Shown: positions 26,472 through 35,813 of the stretch, piece after piece
How positions within the stretch are numbered: the stretch's first letter is position 1
How the letters are laid out: the number at the start of each line of letters is the position of its first letter
Source: a bacterium
GTDB lineage: Bacteria; Sysuimicrobiota; Sysuimicrobiia; Sysuimicrobiales; Humicultoraceae
DNA: 42,513 nt
Assembly: GCA_041497675.1 (NCBI GenBank)
Contig: JBGQGY010000014.1
Coordinates: 1-42,513 of the forward strand
Direction: 5' to 3'
The notes under the pieces: generated by a model
What the model was told of the DNA's origin: nothing
What the model saw: only the letters and a program-made list of their open reading frames with translations
Database searches by the model: none
Made by a program: the position numbers and the translations under genes

Positions 26472-27509
26472 TCAACGCTGGAACCGCGCAATCCAGACCG
26501 GCCCGGACAGCGAGCCGGTATTCGTTCCGTACGCGAGACGGAGGTCGTCGGGTGCCCACGCCACCGACAGTACCACCGCAGGATCGGGGAACTCTACGCG
26601 ATAGGTCGCCACCAGCTGGGATGGAGGGCCCGTCACGCCGACCATGTGCACCTCGGCCTGCGCCTCGCCCGCGATGACGCCGTAGGCGATCTTGTCACTC
26701 CCGCGGGACCAGGCGAGTCCTCCAATACGGCCCGCCGGCGGCGACAGCGGGTGAAGACCGGTCCCATCGGTGCGGACGACAAACGCGCGCTGCTTGTCGC
26801 CTTCGGCGGCGACAAACGCAAGCCACTGTCCAGAAGGAGACAGGATTGGATCGAGCGCTGGCCGAGCAGGTCCGGCCACGCGAACAAAATCTGGGTACGC
26901 GATGCGGATGCTCCACCACTCGGTGGTGACTTCTCCGCCCGGCGGCGCGAGCGCGACGAACAGATGCAGCGTATCGGGGAACCAGCCGAGCCCCACGATG
27001 CGTTTGCCGCGAGGCTCCCATTGGATGCGGCGGATGATGGTCCCATCGGGGCTGGTCCACATGAGCTGGTCGTCCTGCCCCTCCGCGCCCCGCACGACGG
27101 CGGCCAGACGATCGCCGCCTGGCGCCCAGGCGATCGCCGTCAGGAACCCGGGCAGACGGATCGTCCGTCGGTTCCGGCCGTCCGGACGCACGGTCGACAG
27201 CGCACCACGGTCGACGTACGCGATCATGTCGGCGGACGCAGACCACGCCACCGCGGTCACGACGGTCCCGTCCGCGATGCGCACACCCGTGCCGTCGCCA
27301 ACCACGTGGACCCACACGCCGTCACGCGTTCCGTACGCGAACCGCTGTCCGTCGCCAGACCAGGCGACGGGGCTCAGCGCGGGACGATCGGTCGCGCGCG
27401 CGGCCTCCTTAACCTCAAGGACGCCGACGCCGACTGGGGCAGGGCGCCGATGGACCTGGCATCCTGCTCCCGCGATGGCGGCCCCAAGCACGATGACCGC
27501 CGCCTGCAT
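26472..27509 (-). CDS. TolB-like beta-propeller (PD40 repeat) protein, probable lipoprotein
   Basis: Repeated AWSGDG/AWAPGG/LSPSG/AWAPDD blades; hydrophobic N-terminus ending AGAGC. Start uncertain. Confidence 0.75.
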   Translation of the reverse strand: MQAAVIVLGAAIAGAGCQVHRRPAPVGVGVLEVKEAARATDRPALSPVAWSGDGQRFAYGTRDGVWVHVVGDGTGVRIADGTVVTAVAWSASADMIAYVDRGALSTVRPDGRNRRTIRLPGFLTAIAWAPGGDRLAAVVRGAEGQDDQLMWTSPDGTIIRRIQWEPRGKRIVGLGWFPDTLHLFVALAPPGGEVTTEWWSIRIAYPDFVRVAGPARPALDPILSPSGQWLAFVAAEGDKQRAFVVRTDGTGLHPLSPPAGRIGGLAWSRGSDKIAYGVIAGEAQAEVHMVGVTGPPSQLVATYRVEFPDPAVVLSVAWAPDDLRLAYGTNTGSLSGPVWIARFQR

Positions 27510-27528
27510 CCACCGCCCGCGACGAGGA

Positions 27529-28731
27529 CTAGCAGACTGGATAGCGGCCCTCGGCCAGGTCCTGAGAAAACTGGCGGATATTGGCAAGCTCGTGATCGAG
27601 CATCTCACGGATTCGGCGTTCGACCGCGGTGCGGCGCGCGTGTTTGGACAGCACGACCTGGGCGGCCGCGATCTTTGGCTGATCGATCGGCACGCCGATC
27701 TGACTCAGCATCCAGATGTAGATTTCCTCGATGCCCGGGACCTCGCGATGAATCTTCGCGGCGATCTGGTTCGTCATGATCGTGTAGATCTTGCCTACGT
27801 GCGAGACCGGGTTCTTGCCGGCGGCGGCCTCCGTGCCCATCGGACGGTTAAGGGCAATGACGCCGTTGACCTTGTTGCCGCGGCCGACCTGCCCGGAGTC
27901 GCCGCTCTCGGCCGACGTGCCGGTGACCGAGAGATACATCCCGCCCAGCCCGCGACCAGGGACATCGAGCGTATTGATATAGAGATGGGTGTGCGTAAAA
28001 CCGTGCTTGCCCTTCGTCCTGTCCATCACCGCGTTGTGCAGGTCGGTCTTGCGCCGGAAGTAGGTACTCTCGCTGTCGATGAAACGATCGACAAACGCGA
28101 CCGCGGCCGTCAGATGCAGCTCGCGGTTGCGGCGGTACCCCATGACCTTGACGTCCTCGCCGACTTCAGGAAACTCCAGTTTGAACTCGCGGGAGTTCAG
28201 CAGGCGTTCGGTGTCCAGGACGATCTGTTCGGTGGGCGACAACGGCGCATACCCGACGGCGGCCGATGTGTCGTTCGCGGGCGCCTCGCTGCGGTCGAAG
28301 ATGTCGACCAGTTCGGGCGACCCGGGCTTGATCTGGACATCGTACTTCACATGCAGCTCGGGGTCGACGAACCTGAGGTACTCTCGGATCCACGCTTTGG
28401 CGGTGTCGATCGCGATCTGCTCCACCGGAATCACCTGGCCCATCGCCGACGCCGTCGCGCGATCGCCGAAGATGAGCCGCATGGGATCGGTGATCCGGCC
28501 ACCACCAAGCTTGATCTCGGCGTCGCCGGCGACGAGAAAGGCTTTGTCGATGTTGTGATGCAGGATCTTGCCAAACCGCTTCAGGTACTCTTTGCTGAGC
28601 GCGATCGAGACCCGCTCCATGATGGCGTCGCAAATGGAATCGGGATGCCCCACGCCTTTGCGTTCGACGATCTCGACCTGGTGCTGGGACACGGGGGTGC
28701 GGGCCAGCACGTCAACAGTGATATTGCGCAT
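27529..28731 (-). CDS. mat: Methionine adenosyltransferase, archaeal-type (SAM synthetase)
   Basis: VEIVERKGVGHPDSICD, HHNIDK, ANDTS, GEDVKVMG, TGTSAESGDSGQVGRGN, EAAAGKNPVSHVGKIY, LSQIG.PID.P are archaeal-type family motifs. AGGAGGT RBS. Confidence 0.92.
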   Translation of the reverse strand: MRNITVDVLARTPVSQHQVEIVERKGVGHPDSICDAIMERVSIALSKEYLKRFGKILHHNIDKAFLVAGDAEIKLGGGRITDPMRLIFGDRATASAMGQVIPVEQIAIDTAKAWIREYLRFVDPELHVKYDVQIKPGSPELVDIFDRSEAPANDTSAAVGYAPLSPTEQIVLDTERLLNSREFKLEFPEVGEDVKVMGYRRNRELHLTAAVAFVDRFIDSESTYFRRKTDLHNAVMDRTKGKHGFTHTHLYINTLDVPGRGLGGMYLSVTGTSAESGDSGQVGRGNKVNGVIALNRPMGTEAAAGKNPVSHVGKIYTIMTNQIAAKIHREVPGIEEIYIWMLSQIGVPIDQPKIAAAQVVLSKHARRTAVERRIREMLDHELANIRQFSQDLAEGRYPVC

Positions 28732-28784
28732 TCCCTACCTCCTACGAGTCGGGGATCAGTTGACCCCCGCCAGGTCACCGACAC

Positions 28785-28793
28785 ACTATAGCA
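28785..28793 (-). promoter_or_regulatory. Extended -10 element upstream of mat
   Basis: TGCTATAGT about 55 nt before the ATG; no clear -35. Confidence 0.4.
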
Positions 28794-28814
28794 AAACCGG
28801 CGTGAGGGGAGAAG

Positions 28815-29486
28815 TCAGCCGGTCCATCCCGCTCGGGGCCGGGCCGTGAAAGGCCGGACGAGCACCACACCGGCGATGAATCCACCGACGTGCGCCCAGA
28901 ACGCGACGGTCACCACGCCGGGCGCCGCGAGAGACCAGAGCCCCTCGACCACCTGCAGGAGAAACCACAGCGACAGCACGAGCACGGCGGGGAGCTCCAT
29001 CAGGCGAATAAACCATCCAAAAAACACGACCGAGAGAATACGAGCGCCGGGATACAGCAGCAGGTAGGCGCCCAGGACGCCCGCGATGGCCCCCGACGCG
29101 CCCACCAGCGGGACGTCGGACCCCGTCTGGGTCACGATGTGCACCAGCGCGGCGAGCGCGCCGCTGAGAAAATAGAAGACGATGAACCGGCCGCGTCCCA
29201 TGGCATCCTCGACGTTGTCGCCGAAGATCCACAGGTACAGCATGTTCCCCAACAGATGGAGCCACGAGCCGTGGAGGAAGTTGTAGGTCAGCAACCCCAC
29301 CGCGGCCCGCGGCCACGGGCCTCCGAGCACGACGCGGGGGATCGCCCCGTACGTCGCATAGAAGACGGCGCGCGTCTCTTCGGTCATCCCCTGCGTATAG
29401 AGAAAGACCGCGGTGCAGGCCGCGATCAGCGTGTAGGCGACGATGGGAACAGATGATGAGCGCGTGCTGTCCCGCAGGGGAATCAC
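28815..29486 (-). CDS. Rhomboid family intramembrane serine protease
   Basis: MIPLRD, FLHGSWLHLLGNMLYLWIFGDNVED, VGASGAIAG (catalytic S), AFWAHVGGF (catalytic H). Confidence 0.93.
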   Translation of the reverse strand: MIPLRDSTRSSSVPIVAYTLIAACTAVFLYTQGMTEETRAVFYATYGAIPRVVLGGPWPRAAVGLLTYNFLHGSWLHLLGNMLYLWIFGDNVEDAMGRGRFIVFYFLSGALAALVHIVTQTGSDVPLVGASGAIAGVLGAYLLLYPGARILSVVFFGWFIRLMELPAVLVLSLWFLLQVVEGLWSLAAPGVVTVAFWAHVGGFIAGVVLVRPFTARPRAGWTG

Positions 29487-29489
29487 GTC

Positions 29490-30140
29490 TTAGATCTCCC
29501 AGCGGGCTTCGTCGACCCCTTCGATCTCACCCAGCGCCACCAGCACATCGCCGCGCGCCACACGCGCGGGGAGCCGCAGGGTCATATCGAGCGTCACCTT
29601 GCTGTCGATCTTGCCCGTGAACTCGACGCGGTCGATGTTGACCCCGAGCATGCCCAGCGCGGTCCCGATTCGACCCAACTGTCCGGGGACATCGACCATC
29701 TGCACCAAGCAGTGACCGATCCCGCGGCGGGGCAACCATCGCTCGATACTCTTGAACAGGGTGAGCACGCCCAGGACGATCGCCGCGGCCCCGACGGCGC
29801 CCCAGTAGTAGCCGATGCCGCACGCCGTGCCGATCGCGGCAACGCTCCATAGGGTGGCGGCCGTCGTCAGCCCATACACGCCGCCCCCGGTGCGCCAGAT
29901 GGTGCCGGCCCCCAGGAAACCGATCCCGACGACGATGTTGCTGGCTATGCGCGCAGGATCGGCGCCGGTGCCAAAGAAGCCGTCCCGCGACTCCAGCGCG
30001 AACAGCGCGGCGCCGACGCACACGAGGATGTTGGTGCGGAAACCGGCAGGCTTGTCGACGCTCTCACGTTCGAAGCCGATGAGGCCGCCGAGCGCCACGG
30101 CCAGGAGCAGCCGGGCGAACACTTCCCAGTCGGGGATCAC
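29490..30140 (-). CDS. MgtC/SapB family protein with C-terminal ACT-like domain
   Basis: GGLIGFERE, PAGFRT, DPARIASNIVVGIGFLGAG, GLTTAATLW; then DVPGQLGRIG..LG..GVNI ACT signature. Confidence 0.9.
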   Translation of the reverse strand: MIPDWEVFARLLLAVALGGLIGFERESVDKPAGFRTNILVCVGAALFALESRDGFFGTGADPARIASNIVVGIGFLGAGTIWRTGGGVYGLTTAATLWSVAAIGTACGIGYYWGAVGAAAIVLGVLTLFKSIERWLPRRGIGHCLVQMVDVPGQLGRIGTALGMLGVNIDRVEFTGKIDSKVTLDMTLRLPARVARGDVLVALGEIEGVDEARWEI

Positions 30141-31285
30141 GGGGTTCGAGACGCCGCCGGCGTCGCCTCGGTCGCCGGCGCGTCGGTCACACCATACCGC
30201 TCGCGGGCGATCTTCCAGACGTGCTCCATCAGCCCGTCGATCAACCGGTCCTCGGGAAGGCTGGCGACGATCTTGCCATCCTGAAAGATGAGGCCCATCC
30301 CGCGACCGCAGGCGACGCCGATGTCCGCCATGCGGGCTTCACCGGGTCCGTTGACCGCGCACCCCATCACCGCGACCTTGACGGGGGCCGGGATGTGCCG
30401 GAGCCGGCGTTCGACTTCTTGCGCGATCTGGATGATGTCCACTTCAGCCCGGCCGCACGATGGGCACGCCACGAACTGGACGCCGCGCGTGCGGAGACCC
30501 AGGCTCTTGAGAATCTCGTAGGCTGCGCGGACCTCTTCGACCGGCTCCGCGGCCAGCGACACCCGGATCGTGTTGCCGATACCCCGCGCGAGCACCGCGC
30601 CGATGCCCACCGCGGACTTGATGCCGCCCGCCCACGCGGTCCCCGCCTCGGTGACACCCAGATGGAGCGGGTAGGGCGTGCGCTCGCTGATCATCAAGTA
30701 CGCGTCGATCATCATCGGCACGTCGGACGCTTTCACCGAGATGACGATGTCATGAAAGTCGAGGTCTTCCAGCACCCGCACGTCGTCGAGGGCGCTTTCG
30801 ACCAGCGCTTCCGCACAGGGTTTGCCGAACTTGCGCAGCGTCGCTTTTGAGAGCGATCCGATGTTGGCGCCGATACGGATTGGCACGCCGCGCGCCTTCG
30901 CCTCACGTGCGACGATCCGGGTCCGCTCGCGGCTGCCGATGTTACCCGGATTGATGCGCAGCTTGTCGATACCCGCGTCCAGCGCTCGGAGCGCCAGCCG
31001 ATGGTCGAAGTGGATATCGGCGACGATCGGCAGCGGGCTGCGCGGCTTGATCGCGGCGAGCGCGTCCGCCGCCTCGACGTCGGGGACCGCGAGGCGGGCG
31101 ATCTCGCACCCCTCGGACGCGAGTTGATAGATCTGCGCCAGCGTCGCGTCGACGTCGCGGGTGTCGGTAATGGTCATCGACTGGACGGAGATGGGCGAGT
31201 CGCCGCCGATCTCAACCCGGCCGACACGTACAGTGCGCGTGCGTGCGCGCGGCAGCGATGTGCCCGCGGGGACGATGCGTGTCAC
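30137..31285 (-). CDS. ispG: 4-hydroxy-3-methylbut-2-en-1-yl diphosphate synthase
   Basis: Start reassigned to the GTG overlapping the rseP stop. PISVQSMT, ADIHFD, LRINPGNIG, HLGVTEAG, CPSCGR, VMGCAVNGPGEA. Confidence 0.95.
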   Translation of the reverse strand: MTRIVPAGTSLPRARTRTVRVGRVEIGGDSPISVQSMTITDTRDVDATLAQIYQLASEGCEIARLAVPDVEAADALAAIKPRSPLPIVADIHFDHRLALRALDAGIDKLRINPGNIGSRERTRIVAREAKARGVPIRIGANIGSLSKATLRKFGKPCAEALVESALDDVRVLEDLDFHDIVISVKASDVPMMIDAYLMISERTPYPLHLGVTEAGTAWAGGIKSAVGIGAVLARGIGNTIRVSLAAEPVEEVRAAYEILKSLGLRTRGVQFVACPSCGRAEVDIIQIAQEVERRLRHIPAPVKVAVMGCAVNGPGEARMADIGVACGRGMGLIFQDGKIVASLPEDRLIDGLMEHVWKIARERYGVTDAPATEATPAASRTP

Positions 31286-32313
31286 CCGTGCAGCCCCAAC
31301 AGACGCAAGATGTCCCGGAAGGTGAGCCCAACGATCAGCAGCAGCAAAAACGCAAACCCCACGGTGTGGATCAGCCCTTCCTGGCGCGCATCGATCGGCC
31401 GGCCCCGCAACCGCTCCACGAGCAGAAACGCCAGACGCCCGCCGTCGAGCGCGGGCACGGGGAGCAGGTTGAAGATCCCGATCATGACGCTGAGAAAGGC
31501 TGCGACGTGGAGGAACTCGTAGAGACCGATGGCCGCAGTCTGCGCCAGCACGCTGCCGGCCGCAACCGGGCCGCCGAGACTCTCGAAGAACCGGCCTTCG
31601 CGGATCAGGTTGCGCACCGCCGGCACCAGACTCGTGGTGTAGACCCAGGTCCGCTCGAAGCCAAACATCAGTGCCTGCAGCGGGCCGACGCGCGTCAGAA
31701 TTGCCTGGGGTTGGAACCCGATGCGTCCAAAGCCCTGCTTGGGGTCGAGACGCGGCGTCACGGTTACGTCGAACTCCCGCTGGTCGCGCCGTATCTTGAG
31801 GGTGAGCGGTTTGCCGGCGCTCTGGTGGATCGTCTCGATGACCTGCTCGCCGCTGGTCACCGCCTCGCCGTTGATCGCCACGATTTCGTCGCCCGACTTC
31901 AACCCCGCCTCCGCGGCGGGCCACCCGCTCTCAAGCGTGCCCACACGCGCGCTGAACCTGGTGGGCTCGCCGAGGACAGCCGCGACGAGCGTCAGGATGA
32001 AGATGGCAGACAGCAGGTTCATCAGCGGCCCGGCGACGATGATGGCCATGCGGGCGCCGATGGTCTTGGTGCGGAAACTCCCAGCCCCGTCGACCCCGTC
32101 GTCCTCTCCTTCCATGCGGACATACCCGCCAAACGGCAGCAGGTTCAGCGAGTACGCCGTCTCACCGCGGCGCCAGCCGATGAGCGTTGGCCCGAATCCC
32201 ATGGCGAACGCGTGGACACGAACGCCCGCTCGTTTGGCCATCAAGAAGTGTCCGAGCTCGTGGAAAAAGATCATTGCTCCGAAGGCCGCGATGGCGGCCA
32301 ATACATTTGGCAC
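31282..32313 (-). CDS. rseP: RIP metalloprotease (site-2 protease, PDZ)
   Basis: HELGH, PFGGYVRM, AGPLMN, PDZ domain, NLLPVPALDGG; GTG start after GAGGTG. Confidence 0.93.
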   Translation of the reverse strand: MPNVLAAIAAFGAMIFFHELGHFLMAKRAGVRVHAFAMGFGPTLIGWRRGETAYSLNLLPFGGYVRMEGEDDGVDGAGSFRTKTIGARMAIIVAGPLMNLLSAIFILTLVAAVLGEPTRFSARVGTLESGWPAAEAGLKSGDEIVAINGEAVTSGEQVIETIHQSAGKPLTLKIRRDQREFDVTVTPRLDPKQGFGRIGFQPQAILTRVGPLQALMFGFERTWVYTTSLVPAVRNLIREGRFFESLGGPVAAGSVLAQTAAIGLYEFLHVAAFLSVMIGIFNLLPVPALDGGRLAFLLVERLRGRPIDARQEGLIHTVGFAFLLLLIVGLTFRDILRLLGLHG

Positions 32314-32318
32314 GTCTG

Positions 32319-33467
32319 TCACCTCGCTACCGGGAGTACCCGCGTGGCCTCTTCCCTGGCCCACGCGTCCGCGCTCATGACCGCCTCGAGCGTCCCCGCC
32401 GGCCGTGTATGGTGCCGGGCCAAGACCTCGCCGACCGTGCTCACAATCTCAGGAAACCGGATGGCGCCGCCCAGGAAGTGCGCGACCGCCACTTCGTTCG
32501 CGGCGTTGAGCACCGCGGTCGCCGTCCCACCGCGGCGCAGCGCCTCGGCTGCCAGGGTCAGCGCCGGGAAGCGCTCCGGTTCCGGTTGTTCAAACGTCAT
32601 CGTCTGCCTCACCCATTCCATCGGCTCGACCAGTCCTGTCCTCCGGTGGGGAGCGGTCAACGCGTACTGGATGGGGCCGCGCATGTCCGGCCGCGAGACC
32701 TGCGCGATCGTGGCGCCGTCGACGAACTCCACCATCGAATGGATCAGGCTCTGCGGGTGAATCACGACGTCGATCTGGTCCGGCGGCACGGCGAATAACC
32801 AGTGCGCCTCGATCACTTCCAGCCCCTTGTTCATCAGGGTAGCGGAGTCGATCGTGACCTTCGGCCCCATATTCCACGTCGGATGAGCCAGGGCCTCCTC
32901 CACGGTCACGTCGCGCAACGCGTCGACCGGTCGGCGCAGAAACGGCCCGCCGGACGCGGTGAGAATCAGCCTGCGGATCGCGCCGCGGTCCTGACCGGCC
33001 AGACACTGATGGATCGCACTGTGCTCGCTGTCGACGGGGATGAGTCGCGCGCGGGCGCGCCGGCACCGCTCGGTGACCAGCGCGCCGCCGGCCACCAGCG
33101 CCTCCTTGGTGGCCAGCGCGACGTCGTGACCGGCCTCCAGCGCCGCGAGCGTCGGGCGCAGTCCCGCGATGCCCACGACCGCCACAAGCACAAGGTCGAC
33201 GTCGGGCATTGCGGCAAGGGTGTCGAGCGCGTCCGCGCCCGCGTGCACCGTCGTGCCCGCGGGCAGACCCTCACGCAGCGCCGACGCGGCGGCGGCGTCC
33301 TCGACCGCGACCGCGCGTGGCCGCCAGCGCCGGGCCTGCGCGAGCAGGCGTTGCGTGTTGGCGCGCGCGCTCAGACCCACAACGGTCACGTCGCCCAGCG
33401 CCTCAACAACCTCCAACGCCGCGCGTCCGATGCTCCCGGTGGACCCGAGGATGACCAGGCGTTTCAC
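32319..33467 (-). CDS. dxr: 1-deoxy-D-xylulose-5-phosphate reductoisomerase
   Basis: ILGSTGSIG, LATKEALV, PVDSEHSAI, LTASGGPF, HPTWNMGPKVTIDSATLMNKGLEVIEA. Confidence 0.96.
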   Translation of the reverse strand: MKRLVILGSTGSIGRAALEVVEALGDVTVVGLSARANTQRLLAQARRWRPRAVAVEDAAAASALREGLPAGTTVHAGADALDTLAAMPDVDLVLVAVVGIAGLRPTLAALEAGHDVALATKEALVAGGALVTERCRRARARLIPVDSEHSAIHQCLAGQDRGAIRRLILTASGGPFLRRPVDALRDVTVEEALAHPTWNMGPKVTIDSATLMNKGLEVIEAHWLFAVPPDQIDVVIHPQSLIHSMVEFVDGATIAQVSRPDMRGPIQYALTAPHRRTGLVEPMEWVRQTMTFEQPEPERFPALTLAAEALRRGGTATAVLNAANEVAVAHFLGGAIRFPEIVSTVGEVLARHHTRPAGTLEAVMSADAWAREEATRVLPVAR

Positions 33468-34273
33468 GTCAACCATCTCCACAAATAATACCCAACAGGC
33501 ACGCCGAACAACACCGCATCGAACCGGTCGAGCACGCCGCCGTGCCCGGGGAGGATCGCCCCCGAGTCCTTCACACCCGCCGCGCGCTTAACCGTGGACT
33601 TCGACAGATCGCCGGCGACACCGGCCAACGCGACGGCCACGCCGATCACTCCCACGCGCACGACGGGCCAATCCATCCGCAGAGCGACAACCACCGCGAT
33701 GGCCAGGGCGACGATCAACCCGCCTGCGAAGCCTTCAACGCTCTTGCCCGGGCTGATGGCGGGCGCCAGCTTGCGGCGGCCAAACTTCACCCCCGCGAAA
33801 TAGGCGCCGATGTCATTCGCCCAGATAATGCCAAGCAGGGCGAGCGTGGCCGGAAAGCCAACCTCACCTCGCAACAGGATAAGATGCGCAAACAGGGCGC
33901 CGACGAACAGCGCGCCCAGCACGTCCACCGCCGGCGACCCGGGAGCCCCGGTGCGGCGCGCCGGCGCCAACCCCAGCGCCGCAGCCACAATGACGACCGC
34001 GACGGTCACCGCGGGGAACAACGCCCAACGGTTCGTGGCGGCGAGCAGAGGGAACAGGAGCGCGCCAATCACGAGGATGGGCGACGGGTGATACCCGGCA
34101 GCGAGCACCAGGCGCCGGAACTCGAGCGCGCCGATCGCGACCAGCAGGAGCACGACCGCGAGCAGGTAGCCGTCCCCCAGCCACACCACGGCGATGAGCG
34201 CGGGCGCGCCGACCACGATCGTGGCGATCCTGGGGAGCAGCGACTGCGCCCGCCACCCCGGGCGGTCAGCCAT
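33464..34273 (-). CDS. cdsA: Phosphatidate cytidylyltransferase
   Basis: DIGAYFAG, ISPGKSVEG, GDLSKS..KR.AGVKDSG.ILPGHGGVLDRFD. Confidence 0.94.
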   Translation of the reverse strand: MADRPGWRAQSLLPRIATIVVGAPALIAVVWLGDGYLLAVVLLLVAIGALEFRRLVLAAGYHPSPILVIGALLFPLLAATNRWALFPAVTVAVVIVAAALGLAPARRTGAPGSPAVDVLGALFVGALFAHLILLRGEVGFPATLALLGIIWANDIGAYFAGVKFGRRKLAPAISPGKSVEGFAGGLIVALAIAVVVALRMDWPVVRVGVIGVAVALAGVAGDLSKSTVKRAAGVKDSGAILPGHGGVLDRFDAVLFGVPVGYYLWRWLT

Positions 34274-35045
34274 CAGCGCCGCCGTCCACCCCCGCGGCGT
34301 CGGCGAGGCCGCCGAAACGACGCCGGCGGCTCTGATAGTCGATCACCGCGGCGATGAGGTGCCGGCGATCGAAATCGGGCCAGAACAGGTCGGCAAAGTA
34401 GAGTTCGGCGTAGGCCGCCTGCCACAGGAGGAAGTTTGACAGACGCTGTTCGAAACCGGTTCGGATCAACAGCTCGGGGTCGGGCAGCCCGGTGGTGTAG
34501 AGCCCGTCCTCGACTGCGCTCTCGTCGATCGCGTCCACCGGCAGCCGGCCACCCGCAACCGCTTCGGCGATGCGCCGCGCCGCGTGCACGAGTTCAGCGC
34601 GACCGCCGTAGTTCACCGCGATATTGAGGATGAGGGCCTGGTTCCCGCGCGTCAGCGCCTCCACGCGCTCGAACTGCTCGCGGATCTCCGGCGGCATCGC
34701 CGACAGGTCTCCTAACATCCGCAGGCGGATCCCAGACCGATGCAGTTCATTGGCCTCCTGGATGAGCGACTCGTGAAACAAGTCCATCAAGGACTCAATC
34801 TCGTCGGGTGAGCGGCGCCAGTTCTCGGTCGAGAACGCGTAGAGCGTGAGAATCGACACACCGATCTCGCGGCAGGCTTCGATGGTCCGCCGGATCGCAT
34901 CCCTCCCGGCGCGATGACCGGTCGCCCGCGGGAGCCCGCGGGACGCCGCCCACCGGCCGTTGCCGTCCATGATGATGGCGATGTGCCGGGGAACGCGCAG
35001 GCGGTCGAGGGTGGCCGGGGGGGGCGCGGGCTCGGGATGATTCAC
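34266..35045 (-). CDS. uppS: Undecaprenyl/isoprenyl diphosphate synthase
   Basis: PRHIAIIMDGNGRWA, LYAFSTENWRR, NYGGR, LIRT..EQRLSNFLLWQ.AYAE, RRFGG. Confidence 0.96.
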   Translation of the reverse strand: MNHPEPAPPPATLDRLRVPRHIAIIMDGNGRWAASRGLPRATGHRAGRDAIRRTIEACREIGVSILTLYAFSTENWRRSPDEIESLMDLFHESLIQEANELHRSGIRLRMLGDLSAMPPEIREQFERVEALTRGNQALILNIAVNYGGRAELVHAARRIAEAVAGGRLPVDAIDESAVEDGLYTTGLPDPELLIRTGFEQRLSNFLLWQAAYAELYFADLFWPDFDRRHLIAAVIDYQSRRRRFGGLADAAGVDGGADG

Positions 35046-35254
35046 TCGGCGTCTCTGGAAACCGGCACGTACCGTTCGCGGGTCACCACCAGATGGACGG
35101 TCGTGCCCTCGGTCAGGGTCTGCCGGACGACGCGCAGCGAACCTTCGAGCGTCACGCGTCGAGGCGTGCGAGTTTCCTCAACCTGAACCTGTAATCCCGC
35201 TGCCTCCAACATCGAACGAGCCGTCTCAAGCTCTCGCCCCAGAACGTCGATCAC
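35042..35254 (-). CDS. Small stand-alone PASTA-like domain protein
   Basis: DVLG..LETARSML..AGL...VVRQ...G..VHLVV pattern; tightly coupled between frr and uppS. Confidence 0.65.
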   Translation of the reverse strand: MIDVLGRELETARSMLEAAGLQVQVEETRTPRRVTLEGSLRVVRQTLTEGTTVHLVVTRERYVPVSRDAE

Positions 35255-35255
35255 G

Positions 35256-35813
35256 TCACACTTCCATGATTTCTTTTTCCTTTGACGCCAATACGCGATC
35301 GAGGTGAGCGATCATCTCGTCGGTGAGGTGTTGCAGGCGCTCCTGGGCCCGGCGGGAATCGTCCTCGGAGACCTCGCCTTCCTCTTCGAGTTCTTCGAGC
35401 ATCTCCTTGGCTTCGCGGCGGACGTTGCGAATCGCCACACGCCCTTCTTCGCCGTGCTTGCGGGCCACTTTGACCAGATCGCGCCGGCGCTCCTCGGTCA
35501 GCGTTGGGATTGGAATGCGGATGAGCGTGCCGTCGGAGTTGGGCACCAGCCCCAGGTCACTCTTGAGGATGGCGCGCTCGATGTCCTTGGTGCTGTTCTT
35601 GTCAAAGGGCTTCACCACCAACATGCGGGGCTCGGGCACCGACGTCACCGCCAGCTGTACCAGCGGCGTCGGCGTCCCGTAGTATTCGACCCGGATGTGC
35701 TCGAGGAGCGCCGGGCTGGCACGCCCGGTGCGCAGGGTGGCGAGCTCGCGCCGCATCGCATCGAGGGTCTTCTGCATGTGCCCCTTGGCATCATTGAAGA
35801 CGTCCTCGATCAT
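35256..35813 (-). CDS. frr: Ribosome recycling factor
   Basis: LRTGRASP, VEYYG, SDLGLVP, LTEERR, RVAIRNVRR; 185 aa. Confidence 0.97.
   Translation of the reverse strand: MIEDVFNDAKGHMQKTLDAMRRELATLRTGRASPALLEHIRVEYYGTPTPLVQLAVTSVPEPRMLVVKPFDKNSTKDIERAILKSDLGLVPNSDGTLIRIPIPTLTEERRRDLVKVARKHGEEGRVAIRNVRREAKEMLEELEEEGEVSEDDSRRAQERLQHLTDEMIAHLDRVLASKEKEIMEV

Noticed and set aside
28735..28782. Structured leader before mat as a possible SAM riboswitch
   Set aside because: Short hairpins exist, but I could not match SAM-I, SAM-II or SMK conserved cores; an Rfam scan would be needed.
31286..31924. N-terminal extension of the 595-aa ispG ORF
   Set aside because: Out-of-frame overlap with rseP; homology begins near 31285.
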